Shown: positions 1-9,975, counted from the stretch's first letter. The stretch: 64,000 nt of DNA from Gammaproteobacteria bacterium (GCA_050247235.1 JBFWUN010000003.1:13171-77170); one strand, 5' to 3'. Notes: generated by a model from the letters alone, not told the origin. A program made the numbers and translations.

Positions 1-1861
1 ACGTCGAATAATCCGGTGTCGTCGGCTGGATGACCGGGAGCTCGCCGCGCGTCGCGGCCAGTTCCGCGCGCCTGCGTTCCGTCGCCCGGGCATCGAGTGC
101 GAATGTCACGGGATGCATGACGACGCCGTAGATGTCACGCGCGGTCTCGAAACTGATGATCTCGTCGCGCACGTGCTCGCAGACCTTCTCGGCCGGTCGG
201 GTCAGCGGATCGCCGTAACCGCCGCCGCCGGAGGACACGCCCACCCAGGCTTCGCCGGGCTTGATCTCCAGATAGCCCTTGGCCGAGCAGTAGTCGCGGT
301 GACCCGTCGCGAGATTCTCGCGGTAATTGCCGCCACCGATTCCCGGGGTGCCGCCGAACAGCCCGAACGGCGGGTTGGCGCAGCCGTCGCCGGTGTTATG
401 GCAGGCCATCGGCGTGTCGTACGGCCGCACGCGGATGCGGATGCCCGCCCCTCCCATCGTCGCGCCCTGGCCCATGGAGTCCTGCTCGATCTCGTGGTGA
501 TCGATCATGATCGGGTAGAGGAGTTCGCTCATCTCGGTGCTGATGATCTTGAGACCCCCCAGCCCGGATGACGTCATGATGAGCGGCCAGCCATCGGCGT
601 TCTTGGACGCCCCACCCCCCGATCCACCGTTGAAGAACATGGCTGCCCAGTCGGCGGGTTGCTGGCCCCGGCGGTCGACCCCGGAAATGGACGGGATACA
701 GTGAAAGCCGCCGTATCCCGCCGACGCCCGCTCGGGCGCCGCCTTCGCGAGCGCTTTCCAGACCACTTCCTGTTCCTGGCCGGCGGGACACAGGGTCGCC
801 ATCGCTGTTGCCGCCGGATACTTGGCCTTGACGATCGAGCCTTCCGGCGCGTCGCAGGTGATGTGACGCAGACAGCCATCGTTGTGCGGGATGTCCGGGT
901 CGATGGCGGTCAGGATGGGCAGCCCGGCGGACGCTTCCATCACGCCGCGCGTCCCGTTGGTGCCGCCCTTGCCCTGCGGGGCGCTGCCGGCGAAGTCGAC
1001 GTGGATGCGGTCGCCCTTCACTGTCACCGCGGCTTTCACGAGCAGGTTCGTGTTGCCCATCCCGTCGGAATCGATCCAGGACTCCGCTTCGTAGGTGCCG
1101 TCCGGGATCGCACGAATCTCTTCCGAGGTGCGACGGTCGGCGTAATCCATGATCGCTTCGACGTAATGCGCCAGTTCCTCCGGGCCGTACTCGTCGACGA
1201 GTTCGATCATGCGCCGGCGACCCGTCCAGATCGATCCGAGCTGGGCCTTCAGATCGCCGTACAGCAGGTCGCGATAACGTACGTTCGCGAGATACATGTT
1301 GATGACGTCCTGGCGTGGTTCGCCGCGGTCGTAGAACTTGATCGGCGGCAGCTGCAGTGCTTCCTGCCAGACGTCCTTGGCGCTCGGCGCGACGCTCGTC
1401 GCCTCGTACGCGCCGCAGTCCAGCTGATGGCCCTTGGTCACCGCCCAGAACAGGTGTTCGCCTTTGTAGAACACCGGGCACGCGGTGACGAAATCGCCGA
1501 CATGCGTGTTGCCGCTGTAAGGGTCGTTGCTGACGATCACGTCGCCGTCGTAGACCTTGCCTTCGAACGCCTTCACCATCGAGCCCAGGATCACGTGCAG
1601 CGAATTGCAGTGAATCGGCAGTGCGTCCATCATCGCGACCTGCCGCCCCTTGGCGTCGTAGATCGCGCACGAGAAGTCACGCGCCAGCGCGAGGATGGAC
1701 GTCCACGAGGTGTACTCGAGCGCGAGCGTCATCTCGCGGGCGATCGTGTTGAACCGGTTCAGGATGACCGAGAACGTGATCGGATCGATATTCTCGGCCG
1801 CGAGCAGCCCGAAATCGCCGGACTTCGGCGCGAGGCTGTCGACAGGTCTGACGGTGCTCAT
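1..1861 (-). CDS. hyuB: N-methylhydantoinase/hydantoinase B subunit (HyuB family), C-terminus runs off the window
   Basis: Hand translation of the minus strand from ATG at 1861..1859 gives MSTVRPVDSLAPKSGDFGLLAAENIDPITFSVILNRFNTIAREMTLALEYTSW...DPYSGNTHVGD..., typical of the HyuB/acetone-carboxylase-alpha family. GGAGGA SD ~8 nt upstream. No stop within the window, so it is absent from the ORF track. Sits 20 nt downstream of the hyuA stop. Confidence 0.85.
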   Translation of the reverse strand, partial: MSTVRPVDSLAPKSGDFGLLAAENIDPITFSVILNRFNTIAREMTLALEYTSWTSILALARDFSCAIYDAKGRQVAMMDALPIHCNSLHVILGSMVKAFEGKVYDGDVIVSNDPYSGNTHVGDFVTACPVFYKGEHLFWAVTKGHQLDCGAYEATSVAPSAKDVWQEALQLPPIKFYDRGEPRQDVINMYLANVRYRDLLYGDLKAQLGSIWTGRRRMIELVDEYGPEELAHYVEAIMDYADRRTSEEIRAIPDGTYEAESWIDSDGMGNTNLLVKAAVTVKGDRIHVDFAGSAPQGKGGTNGTRGVMEASAGLPILTAIDPDIPHNDGCLRHITCDAPEGSIVKAKYPAATAMATLCPAGQEQEVVWKALAKAAPERASAGYGGFHCIPSISGVDRRGQQPADWAAMFFNGGSGGGASKNADGWPLIMTSSGLGGLKIISTEMSELLYPIMIDHHEIEQDSMGQGATMGGAGIRIRVRPYDTPMACHNTGDGCANPPFGLFGGTPGIGGGNYRENLATGHRDYCSAKGYLEIKPGEAWVGVSSGGGGYGDPLTRPAEKVCEHVRDEIISFETARDIYGVVMHPVTFALDARATERRRAELAATRGELPVIQPTTPDYST

Positions 1862-1881
1862 GAATCCATCCTCCGTTCGGT

Positions 1882-3945
1882 TTAGAGATCCATGACGAAA
1901 TCGCCGTACTCGTTCACCGCGAGCTTCTGCCCCGGGAACACGACGATCGTCGTAGTGGCCTGTTCGATGACCGCCGGCCCCATGACCGACATGCCAGGCA
2001 CCAATGCGTCGCCATCGTAGATCCTCGTCTCACGATAGTCGTCGATATCGCCGAAGTATACGTTGCGGGTGCCTTTGCCCGCCGCGTCGGCCGGGCGATC
2101 GCGAGCGGCCGCGGAAGGAGTTGCAGGGGGCGTGACCTTGCGATGCGCCACCACCCGCCAGTGGAACAGGTCGACCGGGCTTTCGAGAACGTTATACGTG
2201 AACATGCGTTCGTGCAGCCCGTGGAAGGCCTGCTCCATCGCCTGGACGTCGTCCGGCGTCAGCGGGCCGCCGGCGCGTACCGGGATGGTCAGTTCGTGGA
2301 TCTGCGCGGGGTACTTCGCATCGGCGAACCGCGTGAGCACGACTTCGCCTTCCGGGAAACCTTCCTCGATCATGTCTTGCATCGCGCGGCGCTCGAGCTC
2401 GGCGATCACCTGGTTGGCGCCGGCGAGATCGAAATGTGCCGTGTTGGTGGCGAACGCCTGCATGTAGTCGTGGCGCACGTCCGAGACGATCATGCCGAAC
2501 GAACAGAACACGCCGCTGTAGCGCGGAATGATCGCCTTCTTCATGCCCAGGGTGCGGCCGAGCACCCCCGCGTGAATGGCGCCCGCCCCGCCGCCGACCA
2601 CCAGTGCATAGTGACGTGGGTCGATGCCGCGTTCGATGGACACCACGCGGATCGCATCGACCATGTTGTTGTTGATGATGCGGAAGATGCCGTGCGCGGC
2701 CTGCGGCACCGTCAGGCCGAGCGGCTGCGCGACATGCGTGTCGATCGCCACACGTGACAGTTCCGGATCGATGGTGCGGCGACCGCCCAGGAAGTACTCG
2801 GGATTGATGTAACCAAGCACCACGTTGGCATCGGTACAGGTCGGTGTGGTGCCGCCCTGGCCATAACAGGCCGGGCCCGGTTCCGCGCCAGCGCTCCGCG
2901 GGCCCACCTGCAGGGCGCCGCCCTTGTCGATCCACGCGATGCTGCCGCCGCCCGCGCCGATGGAATGCACGTCCACCGCGGCCACGCCCACCGGCATGTC
3001 GTGCACCCGCAGCTCGCGCGTGAGCGTCGGGGCGCCATCCGTCACCATCGACACGTCGAAGCTCGTCCCGCCCATGTCGATCGTGATGACGTCGGGGATG
3101 CCAATGCGCTGCGAGCAGTACAGACCGGCTACCGGTGCCGCGGCCGGACCGGAGGCGAGCGAGTTGATCGGGCGTTGCAGCACCTTGCTCACAGTGGAGC
3201 ATCCGCCGTTCAGCTGCATGATGAGCAGTGGATGCGGGAATCCGTTCGCATGCAGGAACTGCTCGAGCTCCAACATGTAGCGGCCCACGCCGGGCAGCAC
3301 GTATGCGCTCAGGATCGTGCAGGTCGTGCGCTCCCATTCGCGGATCATCGGCAGCACGTCCGAACTCAGCACCACCGGCACACCCGGCAGCTCTTCGGCG
3401 AGAATGGCCTTGACCCGCTGTTCGTGAGCCGGGTTGATGATCGACCACAGGAACGCGACCGCCACCGACTCGACGTTTTCGTCGCGCAGCTTCGCGGCGG
3501 CCGCCCGCACGCTCGCCTCGTCGAGCGGGATCTGGACTTCCCCCGCGTAGTTCACGCGCTCCGTGACCGGGAGACGGAGGTAGCGGGGGACGAAATCCTC
3601 CGGTGGCTGCAGCTGGATGTTGTAACGCTCCGGTTTGAAGCCGTCGCGGAAGTGGATGATGTCGCGGAATCCATGCGTGCACAGCAGCGCGGTCTTGGGG
3701 CCGTTGCGCTGGATTACCGTGTTGGTGGCGATGGTCTGACCGTGGACGAACAGGTCGAGTCGCTGCAGGAACGTCTGGACATCGCCGCCCAGCTGCCCGG
3801 CCAGCGCCGCGATGCCCTTGCGGATCGCGGCGGACGAATCGCGCGGCGTGGAGGGCTCCTTCCATAACGTGATCCCGCCCTTGTCGTCGAAGAGCGAGAA
3901 ATCCGTGAACGTGCCGCCGATGTCGACGCCTAGAACGTACTGCAT
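1882..3945 (-). CDS. hyuA: Hydantoinase/oxoprolinase A subunit (HyuA family, ATP-dependent)
   Basis: 687-aa ORF. N-terminus MQYVLGVDIGGTFTDFSLFD is the canonical hydantoinase_A/ASKHA start. hyuA-hyuB operon order. Confidence 0.9.
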   Translation of the reverse strand: MQYVLGVDIGGTFTDFSLFDDKGGITLWKEPSTPRDSSAAIRKGIAALAGQLGGDVQTFLQRLDLFVHGQTIATNTVIQRNGPKTALLCTHGFRDIIHFRDGFKPERYNIQLQPPEDFVPRYLRLPVTERVNYAGEVQIPLDEASVRAAAAKLRDENVESVAVAFLWSIINPAHEQRVKAILAEELPGVPVVLSSDVLPMIREWERTTCTILSAYVLPGVGRYMLELEQFLHANGFPHPLLIMQLNGGCSTVSKVLQRPINSLASGPAAAPVAGLYCSQRIGIPDVITIDMGGTSFDVSMVTDGAPTLTRELRVHDMPVGVAAVDVHSIGAGGGSIAWIDKGGALQVGPRSAGAEPGPACYGQGGTTPTCTDANVVLGYINPEYFLGGRRTIDPELSRVAIDTHVAQPLGLTVPQAAHGIFRIINNNMVDAIRVVSIERGIDPRHYALVVGGGAGAIHAGVLGRTLGMKKAIIPRYSGVFCSFGMIVSDVRHDYMQAFATNTAHFDLAGANQVIAELERRAMQDMIEEGFPEGEVVLTRFADAKYPAQIHELTIPVRAGGPLTPDDVQAMEQAFHGLHERMFTYNVLESPVDLFHWRVVAHRKVTPPATPSAAARDRPADAAGKGTRNVYFGDIDDYRETRIYDGDALVPGMSVMGPAVIEQATTTIVVFPGQKLAVNEYGDFVMDL

Positions 3946-4064
3946 GGTGCCCTAGCCTCGTGTCGTCGCGCGCGAGCCGGTCGGGGGGCCGACCGTCGTG
4001 CGCGTTGGTCGGGTATCGGCGCATGCGTCGCACACCGACCCGGGGGCCGGCGATTGCCTACGCG

Positions 4065-4092
4065 AGTGAAAAAACAAGCTTGCTTTTTCACT
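4065..4092. promoter_or_regulatory. 28-bp AT-rich near-perfect palindrome (AGTGAAAAAACAAGCTTGCTTTTTCACT) in the divergent hyuA / flavoprotein promoter region; candidate operator
   Basis: Read directly from the sequence. Reverse complement differs at one symmetric position pair. Centred on AAGCTT. Lies in the 254-bp divergent intergenic region. A TATACT -10-like hexamer sits at 4101-4106. Confidence 0.4.
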
Positions 4093-4199
4093 GAGCCGAC
4101 TATACTGCGCTGAATACGGTCAGGCAACACCCGAGTTGCGCGCCATGCGGGCGCGCCACGACGCATGGAATCCGCGCACGCAGCAATCGAGGGCATGAC

Positions 4200-6134
4200 A
4201 TGTACACACGACTGTTCGAACCCACGCGGATCGGCGGCATGCATCTCAAGAACCGCATCGTCCGTGCCGCGAACACCACCCTGTTCGCTTCGCCGAAGGA
4301 CGGGGTGGTAACCCAGTTGCTGCTGGACCACTACGCGATCGAAGCGGCGGGGGGCGTGGGGTTGTGCCTGGTCGAAGCCTCGTCGGTGGAGGTCAATTCG
4401 CGGTTGCAGTACGGCGAGCCGACGGTGGACTCCGAGTACGCGCTGGGCGGGCTGTGGCATCTCGCCGAGACCATCAGGATGAACGGGGCGAAAGCCGGCA
4501 TCCAGCTGATCCACGCCGGTCGCCAGTGCCTCGTCCGCGAGAAAATGCCCGTGGCGCCGTCGCCCCGCCAGGACGGCTACTTCCGCGTGCAGCCGCGCGC
4601 GCTCACGGAGGAGGAGATTGAAGCCATTCTCGACGCCTTCGCCGACGGGGTGGATCGCGCGCAGCGGGCCGGTTTCGACTGCGTCGAATTCCACGGCGCA
4701 CACGGTTACCTGCCCGCGGAGTTCCTGTCCCGCGAAGCCAATCATCGCACGGACCAGTGGGGTGGATCGCTCGCCAACCGCGCGCGCTTCGGGTTGGAGA
4801 TCGTGCGCCGTGCGCGTGCCAGGGTCGGTGCGCGCTATCCGCTGATCTACAAGGTCTCCGCCGAGGATTACGTGCAGGACGGCGTGACGCTCGAAGAATC
4901 GATCCAGTTCTGCAAATGGCTGGAAGACGCCGGCATCGACGCCATCGAAGTGTCCGGCGGTACCGGCGAGGTCTGGGAGCATACCTGTGCGCCGACGCAT
5001 TTCCCTTACGGCAACCTGGTGCACCTCGCGGCCGCCATCAGGAACGAGGTGAAGATCCCGATCATCGCGGTCGGTGCGATCAACGAGCCCGCGTTTGCCG
5101 AGCAGATCCTCGCCGACGGGAAGGCGGATCTCATCGCGTTGTGCCGTGCCATCACCGCCGATCCCGACTGGGCGAACAAGGCCGCCGCAGGAAAAGCCGA
5201 GGAGATCCGGCCGTGCATCCGCTGCAACGACTGCCTGGACAGCATCCTGCCGGGCACGCCGATGCGCTGCCGGGTCAACTTTCTGGGTGGACGCGAATCG
5301 CGCTACCAGCTCAAACCCGCGCGCGAAGCGAAGAGGGTCGTCGTGGTAGGGGGAGGGGCGGCGGGCATGGAGGCAGCGCGCACCGCGCACTATCGGGGTC
5401 ACGACGTGACGTTGATCGAGCAGCGCGCGCAGCTCGGCGGGCTGCTGATCCCAGCCTGTGAGATTCCCGCGAAGCACGATCTCGACAAGCTCTTCAAGTG
5501 GTATGTCCGGGAAATGCACCGCCTGCCGATCCGGGTCATGACTTCGACCGCGGCAACGCCCGAGCTGGTCCGGTCGCTGGGTGCCGATGCTCTCATCGTC
5601 GCCACCGGTCACGGCGACGCGCCCAACCGGCCGGCCGGTCTGCAGGGTCTCGACCATCCGCACGTCATCACCACGATGGACCTGCTGGAACATCGCGCGG
5701 AACCCGAGGACAGCATCGTGATCGGCGGGGGCTTCATGGGCTGCGACATCGCGCAGCACATCGCCGGTGCCGGCAAGCGCGTGACGCTGCTCTCGCGTTA
5801 CGACCGTGAACACATCGGCGGCACCGTGGGCTTTTTCACGCGCAATTCGCTGTTCCAGCTTCTGGAGAAACTGCGGGTCGAGATCCGTGCGGGCGTGAAC
5901 TACAGGCGGATCACCGACGACGGTGTCGTCATCCGGAACACGGACGGCACCGAAGATCTCGTGCCGGGCAGGCGGGTGGTGCTGGCGAACGGCTTCAAGG
6001 TGGACCTGGATTCGATGGCGAAATGGCAGGGCTGCGCGTCCGAAGTCCACCTGGTCGGCAACTGCATCGACCCGGCCAACATCATGGGCACCACCCGGCA
6101 GGCGAACGCCGCGGTCTATCGCATCGGAGCCTGA
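4200..6134 (+). CDS. Trimethylamine-dehydrogenase/DgcA/StcD-family Fe-S flavoprotein (OYE-like FMN TIM barrel + 4Fe-4S + FAD/NAD(P) domain); probable N-methyl amine demethylase/dehydrogenase
   Basis: 644 aa. OYE-type N-terminus. C-x2-C-x2-C-x11-C motif (CIRCNDCLDSILPGTPMRC) as in TMADH. C-terminal Rossmann VVVVGGGAAGMEAA. SD GAGGG upstream of the ATG. Confidence 0.85.
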   Translation: MYTRLFEPTRIGGMHLKNRIVRAANTTLFASPKDGVVTQLLLDHYAIEAAGGVGLCLVEASSVEVNSRLQYGEPTVDSEYALGGLWHLAETIRMNGAKAGIQLIHAGRQCLVREKMPVAPSPRQDGYFRVQPRALTEEEIEAILDAFADGVDRAQRAGFDCVEFHGAHGYLPAEFLSREANHRTDQWGGSLANRARFGLEIVRRARARVGARYPLIYKVSAEDYVQDGVTLEESIQFCKWLEDAGIDAIEVSGGTGEVWEHTCAPTHFPYGNLVHLAAAIRNEVKIPIIAVGAINEPAFAEQILADGKADLIALCRAITADPDWANKAAAGKAEEIRPCIRCNDCLDSILPGTPMRCRVNFLGGRESRYQLKPAREAKRVVVVGGGAAGMEAARTAHYRGHDVTLIEQRAQLGGLLIPACEIPAKHDLDKLFKWYVREMHRLPIRVMTSTAATPELVRSLGADALIVATGHGDAPNRPAGLQGLDHPHVITTMDLLEHRAEPEDSIVIGGGFMGCDIAQHIAGAGKRVTLLSRYDREHIGGTVGFFTRNSLFQLLEKLRVEIRAGVNYRRITDDGVVIRNTDGTEDLVPGRRVVLANGFKVDLDSMAKWQGCASEVHLVGNCIDPANIMGTTRQANAAVYRIGA

Positions 6135-6137
6135 GCC

Positions 6138-8591
6138 TTGACCCATACCATTTTCCCGACACACGCGCGGGCCGTCGTGGTGGGCGGCGGCATCATCGGC
6201 TGCTCCGTGGCCTACCACCTTGCCAGGCTCGGCTGGCAGGACGTGGTCCTGCTGGAACGCAAGCAGCTGACCTGCGGCACCACGTGGCATGCGGCCGGTC
6301 TCATCACCACGTTGCGCGACACCGAAGCGCAGACCCGGCTCGCACAGTACTCGTTGAAACTCTACGACGAGCTGGAGGCGGAGACCGGCCAGGCCACGGG
6401 CTTCATCCGTTGCGGTTCCGTGCAGCTCGCAATGACTGCAGAGAAGGCGGAAGAGATGCGTCGGGGCTGCGCGATGGCGCGCCTGTTCGGCGTAGAGAAC
6501 CACGAGATCTCGCCGCGCGAGGTCAAAGATCTGTTCCCGCTCGCGTACGTCGACGACCTCGTCGCCGGTTTCTACTTCCCGGCGGACGGGCGTGTGAACC
6601 CGGCCGATGTCGCGCAGGCGCTCGCGAAGGGCGCGCGCGCCCGCGGCGTGCGCATCCTCGAGCACACCCCGATGCGCGAAGTGCTGTTCGACGGCGCGCG
6701 GGCGGTGGGGGTGCGCACGGACCAGGGAGACATCCGGGCGGAGGCCGTCGTGCTGTGCCCCGGCATGTGGGGGCGCGAAGTCGGACTTGCGGCGGGCATC
6801 GATCTGCCGCTGCAGGCGGCCGAGCACTACTACCTGATCTCAGAACCGATCGGGGGACTGCACAACCGGCTGCCGATCCTGCGCGACCCGGGTCGCGCAG
6901 TCTATGCGCGCGAGGAGGCCGGCAAGCTCATGCTCGGTTTCTTCGAGCCGGTGGCGGCGCCGTGGGGCATCAACGGCATCCCGCGGGATTTCTGCTTCGG
7001 CGAGATTCAGCCCGACTGGGAGCGGATGGAACCGCACATCGCGCGCGGCATGCAGCGTCTGCCCATCCTGTTCGAAACCGGGATCCGCCAGTTCTTCTGC
7101 GGCCCCGAGTCGTTCACCCCGGATCACAACTACCTGATGGGCCGCGCGCCGTTCAAGGAGAACCTGTACGTCGCCTGCGGGTTCAATTCGCTCGGCATCC
7201 TGTCCGCCGGCGGCGCCGGCCACGTGATGGCGCACTGGATGAACGACGGCGTGCAGCCGATGGACATCTGGGATGTCGATGTCAGGCGCATCCAGCCGTG
7301 CCACAACCAGCGGAAGTTCGTCGTCGACCGCACCGTGGAGTCGCTCGGGATCGCCTACCAGATGCACTGGCCCCACCGGCAGTGGGAGACCGCGCGCGGG
7401 GTCAGGCACTCGGTGCTGCACGACCGCGTGGCGGCCGCCGGCGCGGTGTTCGGCGAATCGGCAGGATGGGAACGTCCCAACTGGTACGCGCGCGCAGGCC
7501 AGGATCGGACTTACGCGTACGACTTCCATCGCCAGAACTGGTTCGAGAACAACGCCCACGAGCACCGCGCGGTGCGCGACGGTGTGGGCGTGTTCGAGCA
7601 GTCGTCGTTCGCCAAGCTGCTGGTGCAGGGCCGCGACGCCGAGCGCGTGCTGAACCGGATCGCTACGGCGAACCTCGCGGTCGCGCCCGGCAAGGTCGTC
7701 TATACGCAGTTCCTCAACGCGCGCGGCGGCGTGGAAGCCGATCTCACGGTCTCGCGCCTCGCCGAGGACCGATTTCTCGTCGTCACGGCGGCGTTCACCC
7801 AGACGCACGTGCACGCCTGGATCCACGAGAACATTCCGCCGGAGGCGCACTGCGTGATCACGGACGTCACCGGCGCGTACGCCATGCTGAACGTCCAGGG
7901 CCCGCACTCACGCGCGTTGCTGACACGGGTGTCGTCGGGCGATTTTTCCAACGCGGCGTTTCCGTTCGGCACATGGCAGAAGGTCGAAATCGGCTACCAG
8001 CACGCGATCGCCCTGCGTATCTCCTACACGGGGGAACTCGGCTGGGAACTCTACATCCCCACGGAGATGGCACCGGCTGTGTACGACACGCTGATCGCCG
8101 CCGGGCGAGAGTTCGATCTCACCCACTGCGGGTATCACACGTTGAACACGCTGCGCATCGAGAAGGCGTACCGCGAGTGGGCGCACGATATGGGGCCGGT
8201 CGACACGCTCATCGAGGCAGGGCTGGCCTTCACGGCGGCGTGGGACAAGCCCGCAGGATTCATCGGACGCGAAGCGCTGCTGCGCGCGCGCGAACGCGGG
8301 GCGCCGACCCGACGACTTGTGCAGTTCCTGCTCCAAGATCCCACCCCGATGCTCACGCACAACGAAGCGGTATGGCGCAACGGCGTGCGCGCGGGGTACA
8401 CGCTGTCGTCCGGGTACGCGCACACACTCGGCGCATGCGCGGCGATGGCCTACGTAAAATGCGAAGAAGGCGTCAGTGCGGAATTCATCCAGGACGGCAC
8501 CTACGAGATCGAGCAGGCGGATCGGCGCTACCCGGCGCGCGCTTCCCTGACACCGCTGTATGACCCCCGGAGCTTGCGCGCGCGGTCGTGA
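6138..8591 (+). CDS. Dimethylglycine/sarcosine dehydrogenase-family protein (DAO FAD domain + GcvT aminomethyltransferase-like folate domain)
   Basis: 817 aa. TTG start 3 nt after the upstream stop, suggesting translational coupling. N-terminal VVVGGGIIGCSVAYHLA dinucleotide fold. C-terminal GcvT-like region. Length matches DMGDH/SarDH. Confidence 0.85.
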   Translation: MTHTIFPTHARAVVVGGGIIGCSVAYHLARLGWQDVVLLERKQLTCGTTWHAAGLITTLRDTEAQTRLAQYSLKLYDELEAETGQATGFIRCGSVQLAMTAEKAEEMRRGCAMARLFGVENHEISPREVKDLFPLAYVDDLVAGFYFPADGRVNPADVAQALAKGARARGVRILEHTPMREVLFDGARAVGVRTDQGDIRAEAVVLCPGMWGREVGLAAGIDLPLQAAEHYYLISEPIGGLHNRLPILRDPGRAVYAREEAGKLMLGFFEPVAAPWGINGIPRDFCFGEIQPDWERMEPHIARGMQRLPILFETGIRQFFCGPESFTPDHNYLMGRAPFKENLYVACGFNSLGILSAGGAGHVMAHWMNDGVQPMDIWDVDVRRIQPCHNQRKFVVDRTVESLGIAYQMHWPHRQWETARGVRHSVLHDRVAAAGAVFGESAGWERPNWYARAGQDRTYAYDFHRQNWFENNAHEHRAVRDGVGVFEQSSFAKLLVQGRDAERVLNRIATANLAVAPGKVVYTQFLNARGGVEADLTVSRLAEDRFLVVTAAFTQTHVHAWIHENIPPEAHCVITDVTGAYAMLNVQGPHSRALLTRVSSGDFSNAAFPFGTWQKVEIGYQHAIALRISYTGELGWELYIPTEMAPAVYDTLIAAGREFDLTHCGYHTLNTLRIEKAYREWAHDMGPVDTLIEAGLAFTAAWDKPAGFIGREALLRARERGAPTRRLVQFLLQDPTPMLTHNEAVWRNGVRAGYTLSSGYAHTLGACAAMAYVKCEEGVSAEFIQDGTYEIEQADRRYPARASLTPLYDPRSLRARS

Positions 8592-8635
8592 CGGGACCGC
8601 GCAATGGGCGCTATCTCGCAGCAGGCGCGGGTTCC

Positions 8636-9691
8636 TCAGTCGAACCCTTCCTCCCACACCAGCGGTGCCTCCTGTAGCGCCGCCAGCTGCTCGCGCAGCG
8701 CGAGCACGTGGTCCTGCCAGTAGCGCTGAGAGTTGAACCACGGGAAGTGCAGCGGAAAGGCAGGATCCGTCCAGCGGCGCGCGAGCCACGCGGCGTAGTG
8801 GATCATCCGCAACGTCCGCAGCGCCTCGATCAGCGCCAGCTCGGCAGGGTCGAAGCGGGCGAACATCGTGTAGCCCTTCAGCACGTGGGCGAGCGCGGCG
8901 GTCATTTCGGCGCGTTCGCCGCCGAGCAGCATCCAGAGATCCTGCACCGCCGGCCCTGTCATGCAGTCGTCCAGGTCCACGAAGTGCGGGCCGGCGGGGG
9001 TCCACAGGATATTGCCCGGGTGGCAGTCGCCGTGCAGCCGGGTGCGGCGCACGGGTCCCACCGCGTCGAACACCGCGGCCAGCTGGTCGAGCGCTGCGTC
9101 GGTGACGCTGTCGTACGCGGCGCGGAGATCGGCTGGGATGAAGTCGTGCGCGCGCAGGTACGCGACGGACTCGCTGCCCAGGCGTGCCACCGTCAATGCC
9201 GTGCGCGCCGTGAAGCGGCCGGCACCGCCCACCGCGTGGATGCGCCCGAGGAAACGCCCGATCCATTCCAGCACTGCCGGATCTTCCAGCTCCGGCGTGC
9301 GGCCGGGCCGGTTGGGAAACAGCGCGAAGCGCAGCTCACCGCTCGTCCACAGGCAGGAATCACCCGCCCGCCGCAGCGGTGCCACCACGGGGATTTCGGC
9401 CGCGGCAAGCTCGTGTGCGAAAGCGTGTTCCTCGGCGATCGCGGCGTCGCTCCAGCGGCCCTTGCGGTAGAACTTCGCGATCACCGAGCCGCCGTCGTCC
9501 AGGCCCACGCGGTACACGCGGTTCTCGTAGCTGTTCAGCGCAAGCAGCCGGCCGTCGCACGCGAACCCGGCAGCCTCGATCACGTCGAGTACCCGGTCCG
9601 GGGTCAGAGTCGCAAAGGGAGCGGGATCGGGACTGTCGGTGTCCACGGGGGCGGCCGGCGCGGGCGGAGGGCCGCTGCGTTTGCGCACCAT
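8636..9691 (-). CDS. Stress-response kinase SrkA/YihE (RdoA)-family phosphotransferase
   Basis: The ORF track gives 507 aa, but the first 156 aa are Arg/Cys-rich junk. The conserved part starts at the internal ATG (9691): MVRKRS...LNSYENRVYRV...HGDCHPGNILW...DLDD, matching YihE signatures. Confidence 0.7.
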   Translation of the reverse strand: MVRKRSGPPPAPAAPVDTDSPDPAPFATLTPDRVLDVIEAAGFACDGRLLALNSYENRVYRVGLDDGGSVIAKFYRKGRWSDAAIAEEHAFAHELAAAEIPVVAPLRRAGDSCLWTSGELRFALFPNRPGRTPELEDPAVLEWIGRFLGRIHAVGGAGRFTARTALTVARLGSESVAYLRAHDFIPADLRAAYDSVTDAALDQLAAVFDAVGPVRRTRLHGDCHPGNILWTPAGPHFVDLDDCMTGPAVQDLWMLLGGERAEMTAALAHVLKGYTMFARFDPAELALIEALRTLRMIHYAAWLARRWTDPAFPLHFPWFNSQRYWQDHVLALREQLAALQEAPLVWEEGFD

Positions 9692-9696
9692 CGTGT

Positions 9697-9975
9697 TCAG
9701 CGCCGCCGCGCGACGAGCGGCACGTAGCAGTCGCCGATGTAATCCACCAGCGCCCACACGGCGAGCGACGCCACCTGGCCGGAGCGGCCGTATGCCTGCG
9801 TCAGCACGTTGAGCGCGAGCAGCCACGCGACCATCTCGACCGACAGCAGCGGCAGGCGCCACGCCGGATGCGTACCGACGTCCGCGCCGCAGGCGCGACA
9901 GCGCACGCGCCAGAACATGAGCTTCCAGACCGGGATGGTCCGCTGGCCGCAGCTCGGACAGGCGCGCGCGATCAT
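9697..9975 (-). CDS. Small zinc-ribbon membrane protein (DUF983-like)
   Basis: MIARACPSCGQRTIPVWKLMFWRVRCRACGADVG... followed by a hydrophobic segment. Its ATG overlaps the TGA of the upstream gene (ATGA), suggesting translational coupling. Confidence 0.5.
   Translation of the reverse strand: MIARACPSCGQRTIPVWKLMFWRVRCRACGADVGTHPAWRLPLLSVEMVAWLLALNVLTQAYGRSGQVASLAVWALVDYIGDCYVPLVARRR

Noticed and set aside
396-1885. 424-aa minus and 408-aa plus ORFs across 396-1885
   Set aside because: Arg-rich nonsense translations. The real gene is hyuB in the third minus frame, which has no stop in the window and so was not listed.
2192-6827. 613-aa and 965-aa minus-strand ORFs (2192..4033, 3930..6827)
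   Set aside because: High-GC frame shadows overlapping hyuA and the TMADH-like gene. Translations are Arg/Gly/Pro-rich with no domain signatures.
6023-8563. 846-aa plus-strand ORF overlapping the DMGDH-family gene
   Set aside because: Alternative-frame artefact, Arg/Gly/Pro-rich. The DAO/GcvT frame at 6138..8591 has clear motifs.
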